DNA of 64,000 nt from the NCBI GenBank assembly GCA_964016885.1, contig OZ024743.1, positions 206,522,001 through 206,586,000 of the forward strand. The letters run 5' to 3'. Position numbers and translations under genes: made by a program. The stretch comes from Eledone cirrhosa (taxonomy: Eukaryota). Below, piece after piece: positions 30,969-45,900 of the stretch. Under the pieces are notes generated by a model, which was not told the DNA's origin, did not search any database, and was given only the letters and a program-made list of their open reading frames with translations. Positions within the stretch are counted from its first letter, which is position 1, and each line of letters starts with the position of its first letter.

Positions 30969-33900
30969 TCACAACTACTGTAAGAACACTGTATCAGCAC
31001 CACAGTTATAACTACTGTAACACCACTGTATCAACATCACAGTCACAACTACTGTAAGGTCACTGTATCAACACCACAGCAGAACAACTGTAAGACCACT
31101 GTATCAACACCACAGCCACAACGACTGTAAGACCACTGATTCGACACCGTAGTCACAACTACTGTAAGACCACTGTAGCAACACCACAGTCACAACGTCT
31201 GAAAGACCACTGTATCAACACAAAATTCACAACTACTGTAGGCCTACTGTATCAACACCATAATCACAACTACTGTAAGACCACTGCATCAACACCATAG
31301 TCACAACGTCTGTAATACCACTGTATCAACACCATAGTCACAACTACTGTAAGACCACTGTATAAACACCATAGTCATAACTTCCGTAAGACCACTGTAT
31401 CAACACCATAGTCATAACTACTGTAAGACAACTGTATAAAATCCATAGTCACAACTACTGTAAGACCACTGTATCAACAATACAGTCACAACTACTGTAA
31501 GACCACTGTATCAACACCATAGTCATAACTACCGTAATACCACTGTATCAACACCATAGTCATAAGACCACTGTATGAACACCATAGTCACAACTACTGT
31601 AAGACCATTGTATCAACACCATAGTCATAACTACTGTAAGACCACTGTATCAACACCATAGTCATAAGACCACTGTATCAACACCATAGTCACAACTACT
31701 GTAAGACCACTGTATCAACAACATAGTCATAACTACTGTAAGAACACTGTATCAACACCATAGTCACAACTATTGTAAGACCACTGTATCAACACCACAG
31801 TCACAACTACAGTAAGACCACTGTATAAACACCATAGTCACAACTACTGTAAGACCACTGTATGAACACCATAGTCATAACTACCGTAAGACCACTGTAT
31901 CAACACCATAGTCATAACTAATGTAAGACCACTGCATCAACACCATAGTCACAACTACAGTAAGACCACTGTATAAACACCACAACCACAACTACTGTAA
32001 GACCACTGTATCAACACCACAGTCATAACTACTCTAAGACCATTGTATCAACACCACAGCCACAACTACTGTAAGACCACTGTATCAACACCATAATCAC
32101 AACTACTGTAATACCACTGTATCAACACCATAATCACAACTACTGTAATACCACTGTATCAACACCATAGTCACAACTACTGTAAGACCACTGTATCAAC
32201 ACCATAGTCACAACTACTGTAAGACCACTGTATCAACACCATAGTCGCAACTACTCTAAGACCACTGTATCAGCACCACAGTCACAACTACTGTAAGACC
32301 ACTGTATCAACACCATAGTCACAACTACTGTAAGACCACTGTATTAACACCATATTCACAACTAGTGTAAGACGACTGTATCAACACCATAGTCATAACT
32401 ACCGTAAGACCACTGTATCAACACCATAGTCATAACTACTGTAAGACCACTGTATAAAATCCATAGTCACAACTACTGTAAGACCATTGTATCAACAATA
32501 CAGTCACAACTACTCTAAGACCACTGTATCAACACCACAGTCACAACTACTGTAAGACCACTGTATCAACACCATAGTCATAACTACCGTAAGACCAATG
32601 TATCAACACCATAGTCATAAGTCCACTGTATCAACACCATAGTCACAACTACTGTAAGACCAGTGTATCAACACCATAGTCATAACTATTGTAAGACCAC
32701 TGTATCAACACCATAGTCATAAGACCACTGCATCAACAACATAGTCACAACTACTGTAATACCACTGTATCAACACCATAGTCACAACTACTGTAAGACC
32801 ACTGTATCAACACCATAGTCATAACTACCGTAAGACCACTGTATCAACACCATAGTCATAAGACCACTGTATCAACACCATAGTCACAACTACTGTAAGA
32901 CCACTGTATCAACACCATAGTCACAACTACTGTAAGACCACTGTATCAACTCCATAGTCATAACTAATGTAAGACCACTGTATCAACACCATAGTCACAA
33001 CTACAGTAAGACCACTGTATAAACACCACAGTCATAACTACTGTAAGACCACTGTATCAACACCACAGTCACAACTACTGTAAGACCACTGTATCTACAC
33101 CACAGTCACAACTACTGTAAGACCACTGTATCAACACCACAACCTCAACTACTGTAAGACCACTGTATCAACACCACAGTCATAACTACTCTAAGACCAC
33201 TGTATCAACACCACAGCCACAACTACTGTAAGACCACTGTATCAACACCATAATCACAACTACCGTAATACCACTGTATCAACACCATAGTCACAACTAC
33301 TGTAAGACCACTGTATCAACACTATAGTCACAACTACTGTAAGACCACTGTATCAACACCATAGTCGCAACTACCGTAAGACCACTGTATCAGCACCACA
33401 GTCACAACTACTATAAGACCACTGTATCAACACCATAGTGACAACTACTGTAAGACCACTGTATTAACACCATATTCACAACTAGTGTAAGACCACTGTA
33501 TCAACACCATAGTCATAACTACCGTAAGACGACTGTATCAACACCATAGTCATAAGACCACTGTATCAACACCATAGTGACAATTATTGTAAGACCACTG
33601 TATCAACACCACAGTCACAACTACAGTAAGACCACTGTATCAACACCATAGTCATAACTACTGTAAGACCACTGTATCAACACCATCGTCACAACTATTG
33701 TAAGACCAATGTATCAGCACCACAGTCACAACTACAGTAAGACCTCTTTATCAACACCATATTCACAACTACTGTAAGACCACTGTATCAACACCATAGT
33801 CACAACTACTGTAAGACCACTGTATCAACACCATAGTCATAAGACCACTGTATAAACCCCATAGTCACAACTACTTTAAGACCACTGTATCTACACCATA

Positions 33901-36900
33901 GTCACAACTACTGTAAGAACACTGTATCAACACAACAGTTATAACTACTGTAAGACCACTGTATCAACATCACAGTCACAACTACTGTAAGCCCACTGTA
34001 TCAACAGCATAGTCATAACTACTCTAAGACCACCGTGTCAAAACCATAGTCACAACTACAGTAAGACCACTGTATCAACACCATAGTCATAACTACCGCA
34101 ACACCACTACATCAACACCATAGTCATAAGACCACTGTATCAACACCATAGTCACAACTAATGTAAGTCCACTGTATCAACACCATAGTCATAACTACGG
34201 TAAGACCTCTGTATCAACACCATAGTCATAAGACCACTGTATCAACACCATTAGTCACAACTACTGTAATACCACTGTATCAACACCATAGTCACAACTA
34301 CTGTAAGACCACTGTATCAACACCATATTCATAAGACCACTGTATCAACACCATTGTCACAACTACTGTAAGACAACTGTATCTACACCATAGTCACAAC
34401 TACTGTAAGAACACTGTATCAGCACCACAGTTATAACTACTGTAACACCACTGTATCAACATCACAGTCACAACTACTGTAAGATCACTGTATCAACACC
34501 ACAGCTACAACTACTGTAAGACCACTGTATCAACACCGTAGTCACAACTACTGTAAGACCACTGTATCAACACCACAGTCAGAACGTCTGTAAGACCACT
34601 GTATCAACACAAAATTCACAACTACTGTAAGCCTACTGTATCAACACCATAGTCACAACTACTGTAAGACCACTGCATCAACACCATAGTCACAACGTCT
34701 GTAATACCAATGTATCAACACCATAGTCACAACTACTGTAAGACCACTGTATAAACACCATAGTCATAACTACCGTAAGACCACTGTATCAACACCATAG
34801 TCATAACTACTGTAAGACCACTGTATAAAATCCATAGTCAAAACTACTGTAAGACCACTGTATGAACAATACAGTCACAACTACTCTAAGACCACTGTAT
34901 CAACACCACAGTCACAACTACTGTAAGACCACTGTATCAACACCATAGTCGTATCTACCGTAATACCACTGTATCAACACCATAGTCATAAGACCACTGT
35001 ATGAACACCATAGTCACAACTACTGTAAGACCATTGTATCAACACCATAGTCAGAACTACTGTAAGACCACTGTATCAACACGATAGTCATAAGACCACT
35101 GTATCAACACCATAGACACAACTACTGTAATACCACTGTATCAACACCATAGTCACAACTACTTTAAGACCACTGTATCAACACCATAGTCATAACTACC
35201 GTAAGACCACTGTATCAACACCATAGTCACAACTACTGTAAGACCACTGTATCAACACCATAGTCATAACTACTGTAAGACCACTGTATCAACACCACAG
35301 TCAGAACGTCTGTAAGACCACTGTATCAACACAAAATTCACAACTACTGTAAGCCTACTGTATCAACACCATAGTCACAACTACTGTAAGACCACTGCAT
35401 CAACACCATAGTCACAACGTCTGTAATACCAATGTATCAACACCATAGTCACAACTACTGTAAGACCACTGTATAAACACCATAGTCATAACTACCGTAA
35501 GACCACTGTATCAACACCATAGTCATAACTACTGTAAGACCACTGTATAAAATCCATAGTCAAAACTACTGTAAGACCACTGTATGAACAATACAGTCAC
35601 AACTACTCTAAGACCACTGTATCAACACCACAGTCACAACTACTGTAAGACCACTGTATCAACACCATAGTCGTATCTACCGTAATACCACTGTATCAAC
35701 ACCATAGTCATAAGACCACTGTATGAACACCATAGTCACAACTACTGTAAGACCATTGTATCAACACCATAGTCAGAACTACTGTAAGACCACTGTATCA
35801 ACACGATAGTCATAAGACCACTGTATCAACACCATAGACACAACTACTGTAATACCACTGTATCAACACCATAGTCACAACTACTTTAAGACCACTGTAT
35901 CAACACCATAGTCATAACTACCGTAAGACCACTGTATCAACACCATAGTCACAACTACTGTAAGACCACTGTATCAACACCATAGTCATAACTACTGTAA
36001 GAACACTGTATCAACACCATAGTCACAACTATTGTAAGACAACTGTATCAACACCACAGTCACAACTACAGTAAGACCACTGTATAAACACCATAGTCAG
36101 AACTACTGTAAGACCACTGTATGAACACCATAGTCATAACTGCCGTAAGACAACTGTATCAACACCATAGTCATAACTAATGTAAGACCACTGTATCAAC
36201 ACCATAGTCACAACTACAGTAAGACCACTGTATAAACACCAGAGTCACAACTACTGTAAAACCACTGTATCAACTCCACAGTCACAACTACTGCAAGACC
36301 ACTATATCAACACCACAACCACAACTACTGTAAGACCACTGTATCAACACCACAGTCATAACTACTCTAAGACCACTGTATCAACACCACAGCCACAACT
36401 ACTGTAAGACCACTGTATCAACACCATAATCACAACTACTGTAATACCACTGTATCAACACCATAATCACAACTACTGTAATACCACTGTATCAACACCA
36501 TAGTCACAGCTACTGTAAGACCACTGTATCAACACCATAGTCACAACTACTGTAAGACCACTGTATCAACACCATAGTCGCAACTACTCTAAGACCACTG
36601 TATCAGCACCACAGTCACAACTACTGTAAGACCACTGTATTAACACCATAGTCACAAGTACTGTAAGACCACTGTATTAACACCATATTCACAACTAGTG
36701 TAAGACGACTGTATCAACACCATAGTCACAACTACTGTAAGACACCTGTATCAACACCATAGTCATAACTACCGTAAGGCCACTCTATCAACACCATAGT
36801 CATAACTACTGTAAGACCACTGTATAAAATCCATAGTCACAACTACTGTAAGACCACTGTATCAACAATACAGTCACAACTACTCTAAGACCACTGTATC

Positions 36901-39900
36901 AACACCACAGTCACAACTACTGTAAGACCACTGTATCAACACCATAGTCATAACTACCGTAAGACCAATGTATCAACACCATAGTCATAAGACCACTGTA
37001 TCAACACCATAGTCACAACTACTGTAAGACCAGTGTATCAACACCATAGTCATAACTACTGTAAGACCACTGTATCAACACCATAGTCATAAGACCACTG
37101 CATCAACACCATAGTCACAACTACTGTAATACCACTGTATCAACACCATAGTCACAACTACTGTAAGACCACTGTATCAACACCATAGTCATAACTACCG
37201 TAAGACCACTGTATCAGCACCATAGTCATAAGACCACTGTATCAACACCATAGTCACAACTACTGTAAGACCACTGTATCAACACCATATACATAACTAC
37301 TGTAAGAATACTGTATCAACACCATAGTCACAACTATTGTTAGACCACTGTATCAACACCACAGTCACAACTACAGTAAGACCACTGTATAAAAACCATA
37401 GTCACAACTACTGTAAGACCACTGTATCAACACCATAGTCATAACTAATGTAGGACCACTGTATCAACACCATAGTCACAACTACAGTAAGACCACTGTA
37501 TAAACACCACAGTCATAACTACTGTAAGACCACTGTATCAACACCACAGTCACAACTACTGTAAGACCACTGTATCAACACCACAGTCACAACTATTGTA
37601 AGACCACTGTATCAACACCACAACCACAATTACTGTAAGACGACTGTATCAACACCACAGTCATAACTACTCTAAGACCACTGTATCAACACCACAGCCA
37701 CAACTACTGTAAGACCACTGTATCAACACCATAATCACAACTACTGTAATACCACTGTATCAACACCATAGTCACAACTATTGTAAGACCACTGTATCAA
37801 CACTATAGTCACAACTGCTGTAAGACCACTGTATTAACACCATATTCACAACTAGTGTAAGACCACTGTATCAACACCATAGTCATAACTACCGTAAGAT
37901 GACTGTATCAACACCATAGTGACAATTATTGTAAGAGCACTGTATCAACACCACAGTCACAACTACAATAAAACCACTGTATCAACACCATAGTCTTAAC
38001 TACTGTAAGACCACTGTATCAACTAAGATGACTGTATCAACACCATAGTCACAACTATTGTAAGACCAATGTATCAACACCACAGTCACAACTACAGTAA
38101 GACCACTTTATCAACACCATAAGACCACAACTGTAAGACCACTGTATCAACACCATAGTCACAACTACTGTAAGACCACTGTATCAACACCATAGTCATA
38201 AGACCACTGTATAAACCCCATAGTCACAACGACTGTAAGACCACTGTATCTACACCATAGTCACAACTACTGTAATCCCACTGTATCAACAGCATAGTCA
38301 TAACTACTCTACGACCACCGTATCAAAACCATAGTCACAACTACTATAAGACCACTGTATCAACACCATAGACATAAGACCACTGTATCAACACCATAGT
38401 CACAACTACTGTAAGACCACTGTATCAACACCATAGTCATAACTACTGTAAGACCACTGTATCAACACCATAGTCATAAGACCACTGTATAAACACCATA
38501 GTCACAACTACTGTAGTACCACTGTATCAACACCATAGTCACACCTACTGTAGTACCACTGTATCAACACCATAGTCACAACTACTGTAAGACCACTTTA
38601 TCAACACCACGGTCACAACTACTGTAAGATCACTGTATCAACACCATAGTCATAACTACCGTAAGACCACTGTATCAACACCATAGTCAAAAGACCACTG
38701 TATCAACACCATAGTCACAACTACTGTAAGACCACTGTATCAACACCACAGTCACAACTACAGTAAGACCACTGTATAAACACCATAGTCACAACGACTG
38801 TAAGACCACTGTATCAACACCATAATCATAACTACCGTAAGACCACTGTATCATCACCATAGTCATAACTAATGTAAGACCACTGTATCAACACCATAGT
38901 CACAATAACTGTAAGAACACACTATCAACACCACAGTCATAACTACTGTAAGACCACTGTTTCAACACCACAGTCACAACTACTGTAAGACCACTGTATC
39001 AACACCACAACCACAACTACTGTAAAACCACTGTATCAACACCATAGTCACAACTACTGTAAGACCGCTGTATCAGCACCACAGTCACAACTACTGTAAG
39101 ACCACTTTATCAACACCATAGTCACAACTACTGTAAGACCACTGTATCAACACCATATTCACAACTACTGTAAGACCACTGTATCAACACCATAGTCATA
39201 ACTACCGTAAGACCACCTTATCAACACCATAGTCATAAGACCAATGTATCAACACCATAGTGACAACTACTGTAAGACCACTGTATCAACACCAGTCATA
39301 ACTACTGTAAGACCACTCTATGAACACCACAGTCACAACTACAGTAAGACCACTTTATCAACACCATAGTCACAACTACTGTAAGACCACTGTATCAACA
39401 CCATAGTCACAACTACTGTAAGACCACTGTATCAACACCATAGTCATAAGTCCACTGTATCAACACCATAGTCACAATTACTGTAAGACAACTGTATCTA
39501 CACCATAGTCACAACTACTGTAAGAAAACTGTATCAACACCACAGCTACAACTACTGTAAGACCACTGTATCAACACCACAGCCACAACTATTGTAAGAC
39601 CATTGATTCAACACCGTAGTCACAACTACTGTAAGACCACTGTATCAACATCACAGTCACAACTACTGTAAGATCACTGTAACAACACCACAGTCACAAC
39701 TACTGTAAGACCATAGATTCAACACCGTAGTCACAACTACTGTAAGACCACTGTATCAACACCACAGTCACAACGTCTGTAAGATCACTGTATCAACACA
39801 AAATTCACAACTACTGTAAGCCTACTGTATCAACACCATAGTCACAACTACTGTAAGACCACTGCATCAACACCATAGTCAGAACGTCTGTAATACCACT

Positions 39901-42900
39901 GTATCAACACCATAGTCACAACTACTGTAAGACCACTGTATAAACACCATAGTCATAACTACTGTAAGACCACTGTATAAAATCCATAGTCACAACTACT
40001 GTAAGACCACTGTATCAACAATACAGTCACCACTACTCTAAGACCACTGTATCAACACCACAGTCACAACTACTGTAAGACCACTGTATCAACACCATAG
40101 TCATAACTACCGAAATACCACTGTATCAACACCATAGTCATAAGACCACTGTATGAACACCATAGTTACAACTACTGTAAGACCATTGTATCAACACCAT
40201 AGTCATAACTACTGTAAGACCACTGTATCAACACCATAGTCATAAGACCACTGTATTAACACCATAGTCACAACTACTGTAATACCACTGTATCAAGACC
40301 ATAGTCACAACTACTTTAAGACCACTGTATCAACACCATAGTCATAACTACCGTAAGACCACTGTATCAACACCAAAGTCATAAGACCACTGTATCAACA
40401 CCATAGTCACAACTACTGTAAGACCACTGTATCAACACCATAGTCATAACTAATGTAAGACCACTGTATCAACACCATAGTCATAACTACCGTAAGACCA
40501 CTGTATCAACACCATAGTCAGAAGACCACTGTATCAACAACATAGACACAACTACTGTAAGACCACTGTATCAACACCATAGTCACAACTACTATAGTAC
40601 CACTGTATCAACACCATAGTCACAACTACTGTTGTACCACTGTATCAACACCATAGTCACAACTACTGTAAGACCACTGTATCAACACCACGGTCACAAC
40701 TACTGTAAGATCACTGTATCAACACCATAGTCATAACGACCGTAAGACCACTGTATCAACACCATAGTCAAAAGACCACTGTATCAACACCAGAGTCACA
40801 ACTACTGTAGTACCACTGTATCAACACCATAGTCACAACTACTGTAAGACCACTTTATCAACACCACGGTCACAACTACTGTAAATCACTGTATCAACAC
40901 CATAGTCATAACTACCGTAAGACCACTGTATGAACACCATAGTCAAAAGACCACTGTATCAACACCATAGTCACAACTACTGTAAGACCACTGTATCAAC
41001 ACCACAACCACAACTACAGTAAGACCACTTTATCAACACCATAGTCACAACTACTGTAAGACCACTGTATCAACAGCATATTCACAACTACTGTAAGAAC
41101 ACTGTATCAGCACCACAGTTATAACTACTGTAACACCACTGTATCAACATCACAGTCACAACTACTGTAAGGTCACTGTATCAACACCACAGCAGAACAA
41201 CTGTAAGACCACTGTATCAACACCACAGCCACAACGACTGTAAGACCACTGATTCGACACCGTAGTCACAACTACTGTAAGACCACTGTAGCAACACCAC
41301 AGTCACAACGTCTGAAAGACCACTGTATCAACACAAAATTCACAACTACTGTAGGCCTACTGTATCAACACCATAATCACAACTACTGTAAGACCACTGC
41401 ATCAACACCATAGTCACAACGTCTGTAATACCACTGTATCAACACCATAGTCACAACTACTGTAAGACCACTGTATAAACACCATAGTCATAACTTCCGT
41501 AAGACCACTGTATCAACACCATAGTCATAACTACTGTAAGACAACTGTATAAAATCCATAGTCACAACTACTGTAAGACCACTGTATCAACAATACAGTC
41601 ACAACTACTGTAAGACCACTGTATCAACACCATAGTCATAACTACCGTAATACCACTGTATCAACACCATAGTCATAAGACCACTGTATGAACACCATAG
41701 TCACAACTACTGTAAGACCATTGTATCAACACCATAGTCATAACTACTGTAAGACCACTGTATCAACACCATAGTCATAAGACCACTGTATCAACACCAT
41801 AGTCACAACTACTGTAAGACCACTGTATCAACAACATAGTCATAACTACTGTAAGAACACTGTATCAACACCATAGTCACAACTATTGTAAGACCACTGT
41901 ATCAACACCACAGTCACAACTACAGTAAGACCACTGTATAAACACCATAGTCACAACTACTGTAAGACCACTGTATGAACACCATAGTCATAACTACCGT
42001 AAGACCACTGTATCAACACCATAGTCATAACTAATGTAAGACCACTGCATCAACACCATAGTCACAACTACAGTAAGACCACTGTATAAACACCACAACC
42101 ACAACTACTGTAAGACCACTGTATCAACACCACAGTCATAACTACTCTAAGACCATTGTATCAACACCACAGCCACAACTACTGTAAGACCACTGTATCA
42201 ACACCATAATCACAACTACTGTAATACCACTGTATCAACACCATAATCACAACTACTGTAATACCACTGTATCAACACCATAGTCACAACTACTGTAAGA
42301 CCACTGTATCAACACCATAGTCACAACTACTGTAAGACCACTGTATCAACACCATAGTCGCAACTACTCTAAGACCACTGTATCAGCACCACAGTCACAA
42401 CTACTGTAAGACCACTGTATCAACACCATAGTCACAACTACTGTAAGACCACTGTATTAACACCATATTCACAACTAGTGTAAGACGACTGTATCAACAC
42501 CATAGTCATAACTACCGTAAGACCACTGTATCAACACCATAGTCATAACTACTGTAAGACCACTGTATAAAATCCATAGTCACAACTACTGTAAGACCAT
42601 TGTATCAACAATACAGTCACAACTACTCTAAGACCACTGTATCAACACCACAGTCACAACTACTGTAAGACCACTGTATCAACACCATAGTCATAACTAC
42701 CGTAAGACCAATGTATCAACACCATAGTCATAAGTCCACTGTATCAACACCATAGTCACAACTACTGTAAGACCAGTGTATCAACACCATAGTCATAACT
42801 ATTGTAAGACCACTGTATCAACACCATAGTCATAAGACCACTGCATCAACAACATAGTCACAACTACTGTAATACCACTGTATCAACACCATAGTCACAA

Positions 42901-45900
42901 CTACTGTAAGACCACTGTATCAACACCATAGTCATAACTACCGTAAGACCACTGTATCAACACCATAGTCATAAGACCACTGTATCAACACCATAGTCAC
43001 AACTACTGTAAGACCACTGTATCAACACCATAGTCACAACTACTGTAAGACCACTGTATCAACTCCATAGTCATAACTAATGTAAGACCACTGTATCAAC
43101 ACCATAGTCACAACTACAGTAAGACCACTGTATAAACACCACAGTCATAACTACTGTAAGACCACTGTATCAACACCACAGTCACAACTACTGTAAGACC
43201 ACTGTATCTACACCACAGTCACAACTACTGTAAGACCACTGTATCAACACCACAACCTCAACTACTGTAAGACCACTGTATCAACACCACAGTCATAACT
43301 ACTCTAAGACCACTGTATCAACACCACAGCCACAACTACTGTAAGACCACTGTATCAACACCATAATCACAACTACCGTAATACCACTGTATCAACACCA
43401 TAGTCACAACTACTGTAAGACCACTGTATCAACACTATAGTCACAACTACTGTAAGACCACTGTATCAACACCATAGTCGCAACTACCGTAAGACCACTG
43501 TATCAGCACCACAGTCACAACTACTATAAGACCACTGTATCAACACCATAGTGACAACTACTGTAAGACCACTGTATTAACACCATATTCACAACTAGTG
43601 TAAGACCACTGTATCAACACCATAGTCATAACTACCGTAAGACGACTGTATCAACACCATAGTCATAAGACCACTGTATCAACACCATAGTGACAATTAT
43701 TGTAAGACCACTGTATCAACACCACAGTCACAACTACAGTAAGACCACTGTATCAACACCATAGTCATAACTACTGTAAGACCACTGTATCAACACCATC
43801 GTCACAACTATTGTAAGACCAATGTATCAGCACCACAGTCACAACTACAGTAAGACCTCTTTATCAACACCATATTCACAACTACTGTAAGACCACTGTA
43901 TCAACACCATAGTCACAACTACTGTAAGACCACTGTATCAACACCATAGTCATAAGACCACTGTATAAACCCCATAGTCACAACTACTTTAAGACCACTG
44001 TATCTACACCATAGTCACAACTACTGTAAGAACACTGTATCAACACAACAGTTATAACTACTGTAAGACCACTGTATCAACATCACAGTCACAACTACTG
44101 TAAGCCCACTGTATCAACAGCATAGTCATAACTACTCTAAGACCACCGTGTCAAAACCATAGTCACAACTACAGTAAGACCACTGTATCAACACCATAGT
44201 CATAACTACCGCAACACCACTACATCAACACCATAGTCATAAGACCACTGTATCAACACCATAGTCACAACTAATGTAAGTCCACTGTATCAACACCATA
44301 GTCATAACTACGGTAAGACCTCTGTATCAACACCATAGTCATAAGACCACTGTATCAACACCATTAGTCACAACTACTGTAATACCACTGTATCAACACC
44401 ATAGTCACAACTACTGTAAGACCACTGTATCAACACCATATTCATAAGACCACTGTATCAACACCATTGTCACAACTACTGTAAGACAACTGTATCTACA
44501 CCATAGTCACAACTACTGTAAGAACACTGTATCAGCACCACAGTTATAACTACTGTAACACCACTGTATCAACATCACAGTCACAACTACTGTAAGATCA
44601 CTGTATCAACACCACAGCTACAACTACTGTAAGACCACTGTATCAACACCGTAGTCACAACTACTGTAAGACCACTGTATCAACACCACAGTCAGAACGT
44701 CTGTAAGACCACTGTATCAACACAAAATTCACAACTACTGTAAGCCTACTGTATCAACACCATAGTCACAACTACTGTAAGACCACTGCATCAACACCAT
44801 AGTCACAACGTCTGTAATACCAATGTATCAACACCATAGTCACAACTACTGTAAGACCACTGTATAAACACCATAGTCATAACTACCGTAAGACCACTGT
44901 ATCAACACCATAGTCATAACTACTGTAAGACCACTGTATAAAATCCATAGTCAAAACTACTGTAAGACCACTGTATGAACAATACAGTCACAACTACTCT
45001 AAGACCACTGTATCAACACCACAGTCACAACTACTGTAAGACCACTGTATCAACACCATAGTCGTATCTACCGTAATACCACTGTATCAACACCATAGTC
45101 ATAAGACCACTGTATGAACACCATAGTCACAACTACTGTAAGACCATTGTATCAACACCATAGTCAGAACTACTGTAAGACCACTGTATCAACACGATAG
45201 TCATAAGACCACTGTATCAACACTATAGACACAACTACTGTAATACCACTGTATCAACACCATAGTCACAACTACTTTAAGACCACTGTATCAACACCAT
45301 AGTCATAACTACCGTAAGACCACTGTATCAACACCATAGTCACAACTACTGTAAGACCACTGTATCAACACCATAGTCATAACTACTGTAAGACCACTGT
45401 ATCAACACCACAGTCAGAACGTCTGTAAGACCACTGTATCAACACAAAATTCACAACTACTGTAAGCCTACTGTATCAACACCATAGTCACAACTACTGT
45501 AAGACCACTGCATCAACACCATAGTCACAACGTCTGTAATACCAATGTATCAACACCATAGTCACAACTACTGTAAGACCACTGTATAAACACCATAGTC
45601 ATAACTACCGTAAGACCACTGTATCAACACCATAGTCATAACTACTGTAAGACCACTGTATAAAATCCATAGTCAAAACTACTGTAAGACCACTGTATGA
45701 ACAATACAGTCACAACTACTCTAAGACCACTGTATCAACACCACAGTCACAACTACTGTAAGACCACTGTATCAACACCATAGTCGTATCTACCGTAATA
45801 CCACTGTATCAACACCATAGTCATAAGACCACTGTATGAACACCATAGTCACAACTACTGTAAGACCATTGTATCAACACCATAGTCAGAACTACTGTAA

